Assembly (NCBI RefSeq): GCF_964194025.1
Contig: NC_134473.1
Location: forward strand, 40,548,001 to 40,612,000
From: Convolutriloba macropyga
Taxonomy: Eukaryota
Direction of reading: 5' to 3'
Length of the DNA: 64,000 bases
Shown here: positions 25,239-36,500 of the stretch, piece after piece
How the letters are laid out: each line of letters starts with the position of its first letter
Position numbering within the stretch: the stretch's first letter is position 1
The notes under the pieces: generated by a model
The model's input: only the letters and a program-made list of their open reading frames with translations
What the model was told of the DNA's origin: nothing
The model's database searches: none
Program-made: the position numbers and the translations under genes

Positions 25239-26166
25239 AGTAAAAAAATTGGATCAGTTGTATTTAAAAGGACCAGCTTCGTATGGAAGCATAAAACGAC
25301 TACAGACTCAAAGCAAGCTCCCTATAGGCAAAGTCCTGTCCTATTTGGAGACAAAGCCGTCTTTCACAAAGTACCGTTCAATTCGATTAAAATTTCCTAG
25401 GCTTAAAGTTTTTGTAAAAGACATTAACGAAATTTGGTCTCTAGATTTGGCACACGTTGATAAATTAGCAAAGTATAACCGCAAAATCAAGTATCTCCTA
25501 GTAGCGGTTGATTGTTTGTCAAGATATTTACGAGTGGAACCTTTAAAAACAAAGTACGCAACAGAAGCAGCTGAAGCATTCAAAAAGATGATCAAAAACA
25601 AACAGCCCGAAAAAGTATGGGTTGACGATGGCACAGAATTTCTGGGAGAATTCAAACAATTGTGCAACAAACGCGGAATTCAGTTATATAGTACTTTCAG
25701 TGAAAAAAAGTCAGCTTTTGCAGAGAGGAACATTAGATCTCTCAAAAAGATAATTCATCGGTATCTCGAAGAAAAGTGGACCTATAGCTACATTGACCAA
25801 TTAGACCAATTTGTGAAAACAATCAATTCAAGAGTCAATCGAGTAACTAAAATTGCTCCCAACAAAGTTACAAAAAAAGATGTGCCACGACTAGTTTCAT
25901 TGACAGTCCAAACAAGCTCAAATCAGAAGCCCAAGTTTTACATTGGAGACTTTGTGAGAATAGTTAAAAAAGATAAAGCATTCAGGAAAAGTTACAAGCA
26001 ATCGTTCACAGACGAAGTCTTTGAAATAACAGGAATACCGACATTAAGCCCACCAACATACTCCTTAGTCGACACAGACAAAGAACCAATTCAAGGAAAA
26101 TTTTATCAACCAGAATTACAACTTGTCAGGCTCCCTCTCGTTGAAAATGTCCAACAACCGGTTTGA
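24967..26166 (+). CDS. Retroviral-type (rve) DDE integrase; true start uncertain
   Basis: WSLDLA, AVDCLSRY, WVDDGTEF, AERNIRSLK; C-terminal GDFVRI...F.KSY...FT.EVF...GKFY..EL; no chromodomain seen. Confidence 0.95.
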   Translation: MTLKNTQKFYLLLISHLILLQIHMPSKSWKPGLKVNKNFSQVENNPVNKSSPLLENDSVAQNQPEKNIKKKRTKRQTKKRPVRRCGLSFPEVKKLDQLYLKGPASYGSIKRLQTQSKLPIGKVLSYLETKPSFTKYRSIRLKFPRLKVFVKDINEIWSLDLAHVDKLAKYNRKIKYLLVAVDCLSRYLRVEPLKTKYATEAAEAFKKMIKNKQPEKVWVDDGTEFLGEFKQLCNKRGIQLYSTFSEKKSAFAERNIRSLKKIIHRYLEEKWTYSYIDQLDQFVKTINSRVNRVTKIAPNKVTKKDVPRLVSLTVQTSSNQKPKFYIGDFVRIVKKDKAFRKSYKQSFTDEVFEITGIPTLSPPTYSLVDTDKEPIQGKFYQPELQLVRLPLVENVQQPV

Positions 26167-27031
26167 AGACGAGTTTACAGTTCACGTTGTTTCATCCGCT
26201 TCAATGGAAATATTTGATTCAAACACACTTGCATCATTTCGAAATTTTTTTAATGACGAAATTCAACTTGCAGGTGATTGGAGAGTGGCGTTAAGTGAAA
26301 TCATATTCCCAACAAAAATAGAAAACATAGTAAACGGAGATCTAATTGTGTACAACTTAAAAGACTATGAAGATTCCCAAAAGATGTCTTCGGGAGCTAA
26401 TGTTATTTCTAGACCTTATAGTGGACAACAATTTAGTTTTATGCCAGGAACCTTTGATACAGTGGCACAACTTCCTGCTACAATTAAGCGAACAATTGGA
26501 CTGCCCAATTTTTCTTTCAGAGAGTTGAAGAGCTCTGGAAAATATGAAATTTTATTTGGCAAATATGAGGGAATTACATTTCCCAGCGAGGAAATTCCGA
26601 GCATTATTGGATTTAAGGGTATTCCTGACGGTAATGGAATACATATTGGGTACAAAATGATTCCCAATGCGAACAAGTTTATGAAAAGTGATGATACGAA
26701 AGCTTATTATGGGGAGTTCCCAGCTGATCTTTGTGCTGGAAAGCATCTAATTTTCATCTACACTAACATAATTGAATATCAATACGTTGGTGACACTAAG
26801 GCTCCTCTTTTGCGAGTCATTGATTCAAAACAACATCTGAAAAACGGTAGTGTTTGTGAGCTTGAGCCAACTCATCGGATAGTTTTTACAAATTTAGACT
26901 ATAAGAAGCTCCTAACCAACACAATCCAATCGATTTCAATTGAACTGAGAACGGAAACAGGACAATTAGTTCCCTTTTCGGGAACTGGAAAAGTTATTCT
27001 AACACTACAATTCAAAAAATTTTCCTCCTAA
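26147..27031 (+). CDS. Penton / minor capsid protein (PX)
   Basis: SSASMEIFDSNTLASFRN...LAGDWRVALSEIIFP and IYTNIIEYQYVGDTKAPLLR. Confidence 0.9.
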   Translation: MSNNRFEDEFTVHVVSSASMEIFDSNTLASFRNFFNDEIQLAGDWRVALSEIIFPTKIENIVNGDLIVYNLKDYEDSQKMSSGANVISRPYSGQQFSFMPGTFDTVAQLPATIKRTIGLPNFSFRELKSSGKYEILFGKYEGITFPSEEIPSIIGFKGIPDGNGIHIGYKMIPNANKFMKSDDTKAYYGEFPADLCAGKHLIFIYTNIIEYQYVGDTKAPLLRVIDSKQHLKNGSVCELEPTHRIVFTNLDYKKLLTNTIQSISIELRTETGQLVPFSGTGKVILTLQFKKFSS

Positions 27032-27032
27032 A

Positions 27033-27455
27033 ATGGATTCTTATTATGCGAATCAAGCAACGTCTTTGCCTCACTTCTCTGGACATTATCGTCAAAGAGG
27101 AAGTGGTTTTGGAGCCCTAGCTGCAGGCATTGGACGTGTTGCGCTGCCTTTAGCACGTCGTTTCATTTTGCCTACAGCGAAGCGTATCGGGAAAGAGCTT
27201 TTGAAACAAAGTGTTCCAGAGATTTTGGATGTAGTCGGAAGCAAAAAATCTCCCAAACAGGCGTTTAAAAATACAATCGCAAAAACTGTTAAAAAACAGA
27301 CTGGGGGATCTCGACGAAATACTTCACGTCGGAGGAAGTCAAGTCGAGTCAAGCCACAGAAAGCGATCAACAAACGCAAAAAAACCATTTCAACGCACAG
27401 AGCTCCAAAAAGAAGTCGGTCAGATTTTTTTGCCAGAGTGAACGATGATCGCTAA
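27033..27455 (+). CDS. Basic virion core-like protein with putative adenain cleavage sites
   Basis: QRGSGFG followed by an amphipathic helix, QTGG, and an Arg/Lys-rich C-terminus. Confidence 0.75.
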   Translation: MDSYYANQATSLPHFSGHYRQRGSGFGALAAGIGRVALPLARRFILPTAKRIGKELLKQSVPEILDVVGSKKSPKQAFKNTIAKTVKKQTGGSRRNTSRRRKSSRVKPQKAINKRKKTISTHRAPKRSRSDFFARVNDDR

Positions 27456-28753
27456 TTTGTTACCATCAGAAGCAACTCACAGTTCTTTGGATTTATTCGA
27501 AAAACCTTCTCTTTTAGTAACTTTCGATGGTAGTTTTTGTCAAAAGTTGGGCCCAGTCTACAGTCCAAATGGACCCATGTTAGAATTTGAAGTCGCCGGT
27601 GACCGAAATAATTTTATTGACTTACAGAAAATTTTCTTGGAAGTAAAATGTAAAATTGTCCAGTCATCAGAAGCTGATTTGAGATATGACGCAGGAGCAG
27701 CAACAGATGTTACGAAGACAGATGCTCCCTATTTTGCAATAATGTGTTACATTCACTCTTCTCTGACTGTACAGTGTCTGCTAATGGACTAAAAATTTCA
27801 AACGCTAACGGAAACTATGCTCATAAAAGTTTTATTGAAACAGAATTTTCACATAACAAAGATGCAAAAAACACCTGGTTGGCATGTCAGGGTTACTCCT
27901 ACGAAGAAAATCCAGGAGCGCTGTCAACTGCGGAAGTGAACAGAAGGAAAGCCTTAGTGAGGCAATCAGCTGAGTGCACATTCTACGGTAAAGTTGCAGT
28001 CGACTTTTTCACCTGTGACAGACATTTGCTAAGTGGTGTGACACTTCGCATTGCATTTAGACGGTCAATAGATGATTTTGTTATAATGTCTGACGATGCT
28101 GCCAAGCACTCCAAAGTAAAAATTGTCGAAGCTAATTTGTATGTGCGCAAGATGACATTGAACGATGATGTTGTATCGGCTATTGAAAAAACTTTATTAA
28201 CAAGTCCAGCTTCGTATCCCTACCTGGAGACTCTAACAAAAACGTTTCTGGCGTCAACGGGTCTCCACAGTTGGAAACAAGAAGATATTTTTGCCAGAGA
28301 ACCGATTCGTAGACTAGCAATTTGTCTGAACACTAACGAAGCGTTTCTTGGTAACAACAGACAAAATCCATTTAATTTCCGCAAATTCAACCTTGAGCAG
28401 ATTTATATTTATCGAAACGGTTTACCTGTGGCAGACAGTCGATATCAACAAGTGATGACAAACGTCTTTACTTTAACACAATATCCGATTTAGCTTACAT
28501 CGACAATGGTCATGGAATAAGTTTGACAGATTACCCAAATCATTTCATAATGGTTTTTGATTTGACCAGCACCCAACAAGCATCCCACGATTTTATTCAT
28601 CCTGAGCTCACAAATTCGTCAATTTCTATTGAGTTGAAATTTTCTGCGGCCTTACCGAACAATAAAGAAATATTCATTATTGGCGAAAAAGCTAGCACAA
28701 TATTTGTTGATAGTGCAAGAAGAGTATCAAAGAATCACATTCTGACAAATTAA
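27445..28753 (+). pseudogene. Major capsid protein (PY, double jelly roll) with two 1-nt deletions
   Basis: SSLDLF...; restoring a T at ~27735 gives YFCNNVLHSLFS; restoring a C at ~28440 gives ADSPISTSDDKRLYFNT...FDLT. Confidence 0.9.
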
Positions 28754-28755
28754 TA

Positions 28756-29187
28756 ATGGATGAAGATGATATTAATGCTTTAATCCAAGGTTGCAAAACT
28801 CTTAAATATAAATTCCATGGTGTGTTTGCGGCCAACAACTTCCCGGAAAAAATGAACAGAAACAGCTTCCTTATTGTTAATGCAGCGACTGCTGAAAATA
28901 TTGGCAGCCACTGGTTACTATTATGCAGAAAAAACAATCAACTTTTGTTTGCCGATCCCCTTGGTCAGCCCATTTCATCGTACAAACACCTATATCAAAG
29001 AATCGTTTCCGTTGGCAGCAATCACAACATCTATCAACTCTTGGAGAATCAACCAATTCAAAGAGCAAACTCTAAACTTTGTGGACTTTTTTGTATTTAT
29101 ATTGCTCATTTTGTTTTCAATGCTCAAAAACTTGTAAATATTAGCGATAATGAATTGATTCGTTTCGCTTTTCATATGATGTTCTAA
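28756..29187 (+). CDS. Adenain-like maturation cysteine protease
   Basis: GSHWLLL, FADPLG, PIQ...LCGLFC catalytic motifs. Confidence 0.92.
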   Translation: MDEDDINALIQGCKTLKYKFHGVFAANNFPEKMNRNSFLIVNAATAENIGSHWLLLCRKNNQLLFADPLGQPISSYKHLYQRIVSVGSNHNIYQLLENQPIQRANSKLCGLFCIYIAHFVFNAQKLVNISDNELIRFAFHMMF

Positions 29188-29217
29188 TCTTACTAACTTG
29201 AGAAATTTATTTTTTTT

Positions 29218-29796
29218 TCAAAACTTTACTTTTTCTTCATACACAAAGCGAACACTCAATAAATCAGAGTCAATATTCAATTTTCCATATCCACTCATAA
29301 AAATATCCATAATTTGACAAAAAGCGCCAGAATGAGGACCATACAAAATTGTTTCAACTCTTCGTAAAGTTTCACTATTAACAAAATCAGTTTGAACTTG
29401 TTTCGATGGAGGCCGGGCATTGTAGATAGTTTTTTGAGCAACTACTGGCATCTTGGCACTCGGTTTGAGATTGACATTTGTTTGTTTTGCAGAGCTGCTT
29501 TTCGATAAATTGTTGTGGTTAGCAAAAGCTGGCAGTCGTTTGCGCACTGACTGTGAATCGGTTTTTTCTCCCGAACCGTTGAATTCGATTGCCAATTTGA
29601 GTTTTGTAAAAACGTCTCCATTAGTCTCCAAGTTTGGTGCAGTCCAAAACAAGAACTTGAAAGCTGTATAAACACAAGGCACAGGAAAGCTCTGATATCG
29701 TTTCACTGTTTCGTTTTCAAAAGTAGTTGTATCAATCAGAACGTGATAATGACTGTTTACTAAATTGCAAAATTCGGAATCAAAATGTGCATACAC
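29218..29796 (-). CDS. Hypothetical Polinton protein; no ATG start, possibly exon 2 of the PC4-like gene
   Basis: 192-codon open frame beginning at ttttatgcAG. Confidence 0.55.
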   Translation of the reverse strand: MYAHFDSEFCNLVNSHYHVLIDTTTFENETVKRYQSFPVPCVYTAFKFLFWTAPNLETNGDVFTKLKLAIEFNGSGEKTDSQSVRKRLPAFANHNNLSKSSSAKQTNVNLKPSAKMPVVAQKTIYNARPPSKQVQTDFVNSETLRRVETILYGPHSGAFCQIMDIFMSGYGKLNIDSDLLSVRFVYEEKVKF

Positions 29797-29902
29797 TGCA
29801 TAAAAATTTCCAATAGAAAAGCTAGGTTTTTCTTCAAGAATGAGAAATTTGAACTGTTTCTGAAATTGTTTAAATCAATTTGGAGAACGCTCAAACATCG
29901 CC

Positions 29903-30220
29903 TCAACCATCGTTGTTGGCAACTTCTTTTTGAATTTTTGGTTTCTTCGCTAGTGGTGGTTTTGTTATTGACAGCTGGTCAGCCACTGAGTTCTGTATTT
30001 TGTTAGCTGAGCTGACCAAATTTTCAAACTCTCCAAGAGTTAGAGAAATTCTCTGTTCAAACTCGTAATCGTCTGTTGCTTTTTTGAACAATTTCAGAAA
30101 TACATATGTCCCTGTCCTTTCATAGGTTTTCAGCGTTGCTCTGATTAAGCGCTTATCAGTTTTGGAAATATCGAAATAACAATCTCCAAACTCTGTGTCT
30201 TTAGTGGACGTGAAAGGCAT
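29903..30220 (-). CDS. PC4-like ssDNA-binding / coactivator-fold protein
   Basis: KRLIRATLKTY...VFLKLF...RISLTLGEFENL resembles the PC4 beta-sheet and GISL..EQW helix; basic tail. Confidence 0.55.
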   Translation of the reverse strand: MPFTSTKDTEFGDCYFDISKTDKRLIRATLKTYERTGTYVFLKLFKKATDDYEFEQRISLTLGEFENLVSSANKIQNSVADQLSITKPPLAKKPKIQKEVANNDG

Positions 30221-30415
30221 AGTGTGCAACTTGTTTTATTATTTTCAAGTGTTATAATGTGTAAAACTCCAACTCAATGGGGCGGCAAGTTGGGTTTAAA
30301 CAAGTGTCGTCAAACTGCCTAATTAAATCCAAATGATTTGTGAATACAGGCTCAAGTACGCCTATGGCGTACTTGAGTCTGTCTGTTGTTCACATATTGC
30401 ATAAATAATTTCAGC

Positions 30416-30740
30416 TGTGACCTTAGATAAGACAAAAAACATATGTGAACCTAGGTTTGTACTTGGACCAGCAGTGCACTGTACACTTTTTATTGGAATT
30501 ATATGCGTACCATATGTTTTGAGAACACAAATGTGAGCCACCCTGGTTGGGCATTTGAACAAGCAGTGCAGTGTACACTGTTTATTGATATTATATGCGG
30601 ACCATATGTTTTGGTTCTATAGAGAAAACAGATGTGACCCTAGGTGTGTATTTGGACCAGCAGTGCAGTGTACACTGTTTATTGGAATTATATGCGGACC
30701 ATATGTTTATAACTTGGAACAGATGTGACCCTGGGTGTGT
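30416..30740. repeat. Imperfect ~95-bp tandem repeats (about 3.5 copies) inside the Polinton
   Basis: GCAGTGCA(C/G)TGTACAC...TTATATGCG(T/G)ACCATATGTTT recurs near 30470, 30563 and 30660. Confidence 0.85.
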
Positions 30741-31138
30741 GATATAATTAGAAGCACAAGTGAACCTACAGCAGTAAGGAAATTCTGATAAGAATAAACA
30801 TGCACCAGCGTACAATGAAATGCTAATAATAAAATACGCTCTGGATAAGAACTGAGTTAGTACACACTATAAAGTGTATCGACCCATGTATAATAACAAA
30901 ATTTAGAGCATATATCAGAGCACATACACTACCAAAATTAAAACCATATTTGACCCCAGATATAATTTGTTGAATTACACGTTGTGCAATATTACTTTAA
31001 AAATAGTTATTCATTTTCTTTAAACCTTGCGTTCAGTGCACTTTGCTTTCTTTCAACAGTTCGTTACCAGACAAACACCTACCAACAGTCTTCTATCAAA
31101 TTGGTTTTAGTTTCTTTCTCAAAATTTGTACAAAAATT

Positions 31139-31834
31139 ATGTCCGTTCAAATACTTGCTGAATCTGTAATTTCCTTGGAGCGGACATTGGTTTATCAGAC
31201 AGTTTTCGAAAACTTTGTTGTGCTTATTCAACAGAAGAGACAAGGCGATGTTTGGCAAACTTACCAGCACTGCTTGATACCCAAGCTTTTCATTAACGCA
31301 ATTGCTTCTTTACCAGAGAAGACAGAACCAGCAGATTGCAGTGTTATTACATCAGGAGGACATTTACCTCCAAAAACTTTGCCAACATTTCAACATCTTG
31401 GCATGGAGTCATTACCTGACGACGTTAAACGAATTTTGTTTCGTTACGATTGCGACTGTGTGCCTCTGTTTGAAAACCAGCTAGGGGCTTATCAGGCTTG
31501 CGAAAACTTAGCTGACATGTGGGGCATAAAGTCATCACCTTGCTCCCCAGAAAATCAATCCCAATTGGATTCAACCAGCTTGTCAGTAACACCAGCAGTT
31601 GATCCGAGTCCCAGTTTGACACCGACATCTAGTCCATCTCTCTTTGCGGGAATTCACAAGAACAATTCTACGGCTCTGTTCAGTGACAACCAGTTTGATA
31701 CAACGTTACTGTCAGCTACACAATTTCAAACACCAGAACCAGCACGTGTTTTTGGTGTCACAGACACGCCAAAGATTTGCAATGCACCAAAGAAACGGCT
31801 ACCTGAGAATACTTTAATGGACTTATTTGATTAA
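31139..31834 (+). CDS. Hypothetical Polinton protein with Ser/Pro/Thr-rich C-terminus
   Basis: ATG at 31139, 231 aa, ends with NLS-like PKKR. Confidence 0.65.
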   Translation: MSVQILAESVISLERTLVYQTVFENFVVLIQQKRQGDVWQTYQHCLIPKLFINAIASLPEKTEPADCSVITSGGHLPPKTLPTFQHLGMESLPDDVKRILFRYDCDCVPLFENQLGAYQACENLADMWGIKSSPCSPENQSQLDSTSLSVTPAVDPSPSLTPTSSPSLFAGIHKNNSTALFSDNQFDTTLLSATQFQTPEPARVFGVTDTPKICNAPKKRLPENTLMDLFD

Positions 31835-33535
31835 CTTGAAAACTAAACTTAATGGATCACCACAAAACTCTTTTATATAGTGAGATGCTAACTTGATTTT
31901 GTTTCAAGAATGTGTGATTTCAACTTTTTAAAAGCTGAATTTAACTTTTTAAATCTGTTTTATAGCTTTAAATCTGCTGAGTCAAAGAAATTAAAACATT
32001 GCTACTGATCAAGTTCGAACATGTTCAGAAAACATTTTCATTATGACGTAAACATTTGTTTCCTAACAAACACTCAATTATTACAACTACTATGACGTGG
32101 TGAGATTTTTCAATATTATATCCAGAAATACTTTTCCCAATCTGCAAAATTTTTGTTATTATTTTATATATTAAACATTAAGTTTAGAGATATAGCCATA
32201 TGTGAGAGTATGCGGTATTGACGCTAATGACATGTTAACTCTATGCCACAGCTGTAGCATGGATTGAATTCCAAATTCAATTCATAAGTCGAAGAACTGT
32301 TCAAAAAATAAAAAATAATCAAAGAAAATATTTCGAAAAAATGCATTTCAAACGTCAAATTTTGACACTTAATTCAGTAGATGCCCTCTTCAGCTTACAC
32401 TAGAATCAACTCTCATTTGTTACTTGGGGATCAATTGAAAAAAAAAGAGCTTGTTAGTTTAAAAAAAAAACGAAAAAAACTCAAAAAAAAAATTTTTAAC
32501 ACATGACCTCTGACTTTTGACCCCAAAAAAGAGGGTTCCAAAAAATACTTGGGATGAAACTGATTGTTCAGTAAGACTCAGCATACTCTAAAGTACAAAA
32601 CATCTCATCACACTCGTCAAATTTTACTCATCCGTTATGGAGATAATTGGCCTCTAATTAGCGACTAATTAAGGGTTAATTAACCTAATTACTAATTACT
32701 GAAAAAAAAATTCAAATTTTTGCAACGGTTTTGTACTCACTGCTTGATGCCCGACATTATTGCTCATAAGCATCATCATCAAAAAACGGCTCCTTCACCG
32801 ATTTTCGAAACATCTGGCAATTAATGTCACATTAACATCTGGCATTAATTAGCATATGAAGTACCCTAAGGAAAGATGTTAGATTGGTTTTCTTTAAATT
32901 TTTGGACTTATTGGGCCCTCAGTGTAAATTTATCTCATAACAGCTGCCATCAAAAAAGGCCTCAGAAAAAAGACACATGTTTATGTCATGTAATTGTCAT
33001 GTAATTGTTAATTAATGACTTGATTGACAGAAAAACAAACTTTTTTTCTGTTTATTTTTGAGCAATTTTTTTATATGGGTCCTATGTTTTTCGGCACGGG
33101 GAGCATTTTTGCTCATCACACTTAAGAACGTAGGACAACTCTAACCATCTGTAATTGAAAATGCATAAAATAGCGCTTTTTATTACAATTTTGAATATTA
33201 GCATGTTTTTCCAGGTTCTCAAAAAAAGTTTTTTGACACAAACGATGATCAGCAATACTCGGTAGGGTTCCCTGTGGTGGTATATTTTGGCATACGATTG
33301 CAATGGAGAGTTGAAAACACATCTTTTTTCTCTCAAAAGTAACAAAATTTCGAAATAAAGGTATGCGCCAAAACCGACCAATCAGAAAACAGCATTTCAA
33401 AACTTCGAATTTGGCGCCTATGCAGTACTGTAGTCTCTAATACTGTAAACCGAGAAGCCATTTCTTGTTCATTCGTTTCTACTGTTCGTACTCGAGTTTA
33501 ACAATTCGTTCTTACTAAAGTTAGACAATTCAAAA

Positions 33536-36500
33536 ATGGGTTCCCAGTGTCGTTATTGTGATTCTATTCTGAGTACAAAAGGAAATCGCTCCAGGCATGA
33601 GCATAAATTCCATCCTGATGAGATTGGTTTACCCGTATATCAATGCTCATTATGTGAGTTTACTTGTCGGAAGATTTCGTTGCTCGAAGAACACATGAAA
33701 ACTGCACACCAACGATTCACCAATTGCTGTCAAAGCTGCCTACTCGGATTCAACGATTGCCATCTTTACGTACAGCATATGACTTCCGTTCATCACTTAC
33801 CCGTCCTAGGTGAACAATTTCAGCCTCGAGACACTCCGTTGGAAAGTGCATTCCATGGAGTACTGAGATCGTTCGAGTCAACAGCGGCCGAAGAGTCCAA
33901 TGATCTCGAAAACTTTATGCGGATACAAAAACCCAAAATAGACACTCTAATAAGTGAGCAGTTGACCCAGGGTCCTCAAAAAGTTCAACTGTGTGCAAAA
34001 TTGCGGCTTGTCAAAGTTATGTATGATGAGCCAGATATGCCAGAAGATGACCGTATTGAAATATACACAAACTCTCTGATGACTCCTGTCTATGCAAACG
34101 GACTGTCGGATGAAGCGTATTGGCAAATGGTGGAGAAGATGATGAGCGTATTGACAACATTCAACTCTTTGGGGAGTGGTTGGACACTCGAAAAAGTTCT
34201 CAAAGTTGACGTCAAATTCGCACGTTTCAGACCAATTCTTGGTTCATCATACATCGCGTTGCCGTCAAAAATTGCCAACTGCAGAGGATTGCTCAACGTT
34301 AGGAACCACGAAGATCGAGATTGCTTCAGGTATTGTTTTGTGGCCGCTTATCACATGTATCATCAGATAAGTTTAGATAGAATTGATCGTAACTATCAAA
34401 CCGACAAAACTTCACCAACTACATACAATCAACCAGGACTGCATCAACCTCTGGGCGATTTTACTATGCCCACGGGCTTTGCAGACATTCCTCAATTTGA
34501 AACACTCAACAACGTTCAGGTAAACGTGTTTGGATACGATAACGGCCAGTTTTTCCCTCTAAAAATTTCGTCATACAGCTCAGATTTTGTAATGGATTTA
34601 CTTTTGCTGTACGACTGTGACCGTCATCACTACGTCCTGATTACAAACCTGGTGAAGGTTGTTTGCTACGTGCGAGGACTTGATTACAGATTCTCCTACA
34701 AAATTTGTCGAAACTGTTTTTTGATTTGTCGAGAAGGACTTGAAAGTTACAACCTACATCTCAATAACTGTTGCAAAAATGCACCTGCTGTTATTCATAT
34801 GCCTTCAAGTGAGAACAACTCAAACAAATTCACGAACTTGGCTGCTACATGGTTTGTCCCTCTTGTTATCTATTTTGACTTCGAGTCTTTCTTACGACCC
34901 GTGTCTTCTTGCAAGGGACCAAGTGATAAAGCCTTTACACAGGTCAAGGAGATACATGAACCGTGTGGCTTTGCGCTAACAGTGATAGATCACCACTCAT
35001 CAAAGCCAATCTTTCATCATGTAGACAGTTCTCCTGCTTGCATGACAAATTTTGTCAAAATGCTTCACAAACTAGCCAGAGATATTCATCAGCAGAAAAG
35101 GAAGCACCCTTTCTTCAAAGGCGATAGACGAAACTTAAGAAAGTCTAACGCTACGCACTGTTGGATTTGTGAAAAATCGTTTTCAGAAACGGAAGATCCA
35201 GAGAACACAATTGACCTGGACCATTGCCACTACAGTGGTAAATTCTTGGGATGGGCACATGAGAAATGCAATCGCTTGAGACGAAATATCAATTTCACCC
35301 CTGTTGTGGGTCATAATATTCAAAATTATGACTTACATCACATTTGCTTGGCACTGAATAACTGCGAGCCAACCACAACCATCAGCGTCATACCAGCCAC
35401 CGACGAAAAATACATATCAATGACATTTGGTGTGCTTATTGACACTTTCGTAACGGAAAAGAGAAAAACAGTGAAAGTTTACGAATATCTTCGATTCATA
35501 GACTCCTTCAAGATGATGAACAGTTCTTTAGAGAAACTTGTTGAAATTTTACCCGATGACCGTTTCGAAATAATGGGGGCAATGTTTTCTACATTATCTG
35601 ATGCTAACCTTCAGCTACTTAAACAGAAAGGCTACTACCCTTACTCTTATGTGACTAGTCGGTCCAAGTTCAGTGACACCAGTCTCCCGCCACTGAGCAA
35701 GTGGGGTAACACTCTGGACGGAGGGGCAGTGAAGGTAACGGAGACTAATTTACAACATGCACGCAGGATGTGGGAAATTCTGGAATGTGGAACACTGCAG
35801 GATTATCATGACTCATACTTGAAGCTCGACTGTGCACTACTCGCATGTGTTTGCGAATTCCATCGACAGTTGAGTTTCGATACGTATAAACTGGACTGTA
35901 TGCACTTCTTCACCCTACCCAATATGGCTAAGGAAGCATCACTTAGAATCTGCAAAGCCAATGTCAAGTTACTGACTGAGCGCGAACACTTGGACATGAT
36001 TGAACCCGCAATTCGCGGTGGAGTCACATCTGTCTTTGAAAGTCGGCGCTTCACTGCAAATAACTCCTATATTCCCAACCATGATAGCACGGAGGAATCC
36101 TGTTTTGGATTCTGTGTCGACGCTAATAACCTTTATGGTGGCGTAATGCAATTAGAGAAACTACCGCTCGCCGAATTTGCGTTCAACACAGATATTCAAC
36201 TTCAAGAGATTTTGGACACCGCCGATGACACTAGCATTGGATACTTTGAAGAGGTCGATATCTCTTATCCGCCGAGCCTTCATGATGAGCATCGCGATTT
36301 TCCGTTGGCACCCACAAAAGACATGGTTGAAGATGAGTGGTTGAGCGATTACCAGATCGAATTAAAAGAACAACACAATCTCCCATCTTCCAAAGTAAAG
36401 AAACTCCTGCAAACGTTCTTTGATAAAGAGAGATACGTGGTCCACTACAAACTGCTGAAACTTTATGTCCAACTCGGCTTGGTAATCAGGAAAGTTCACA

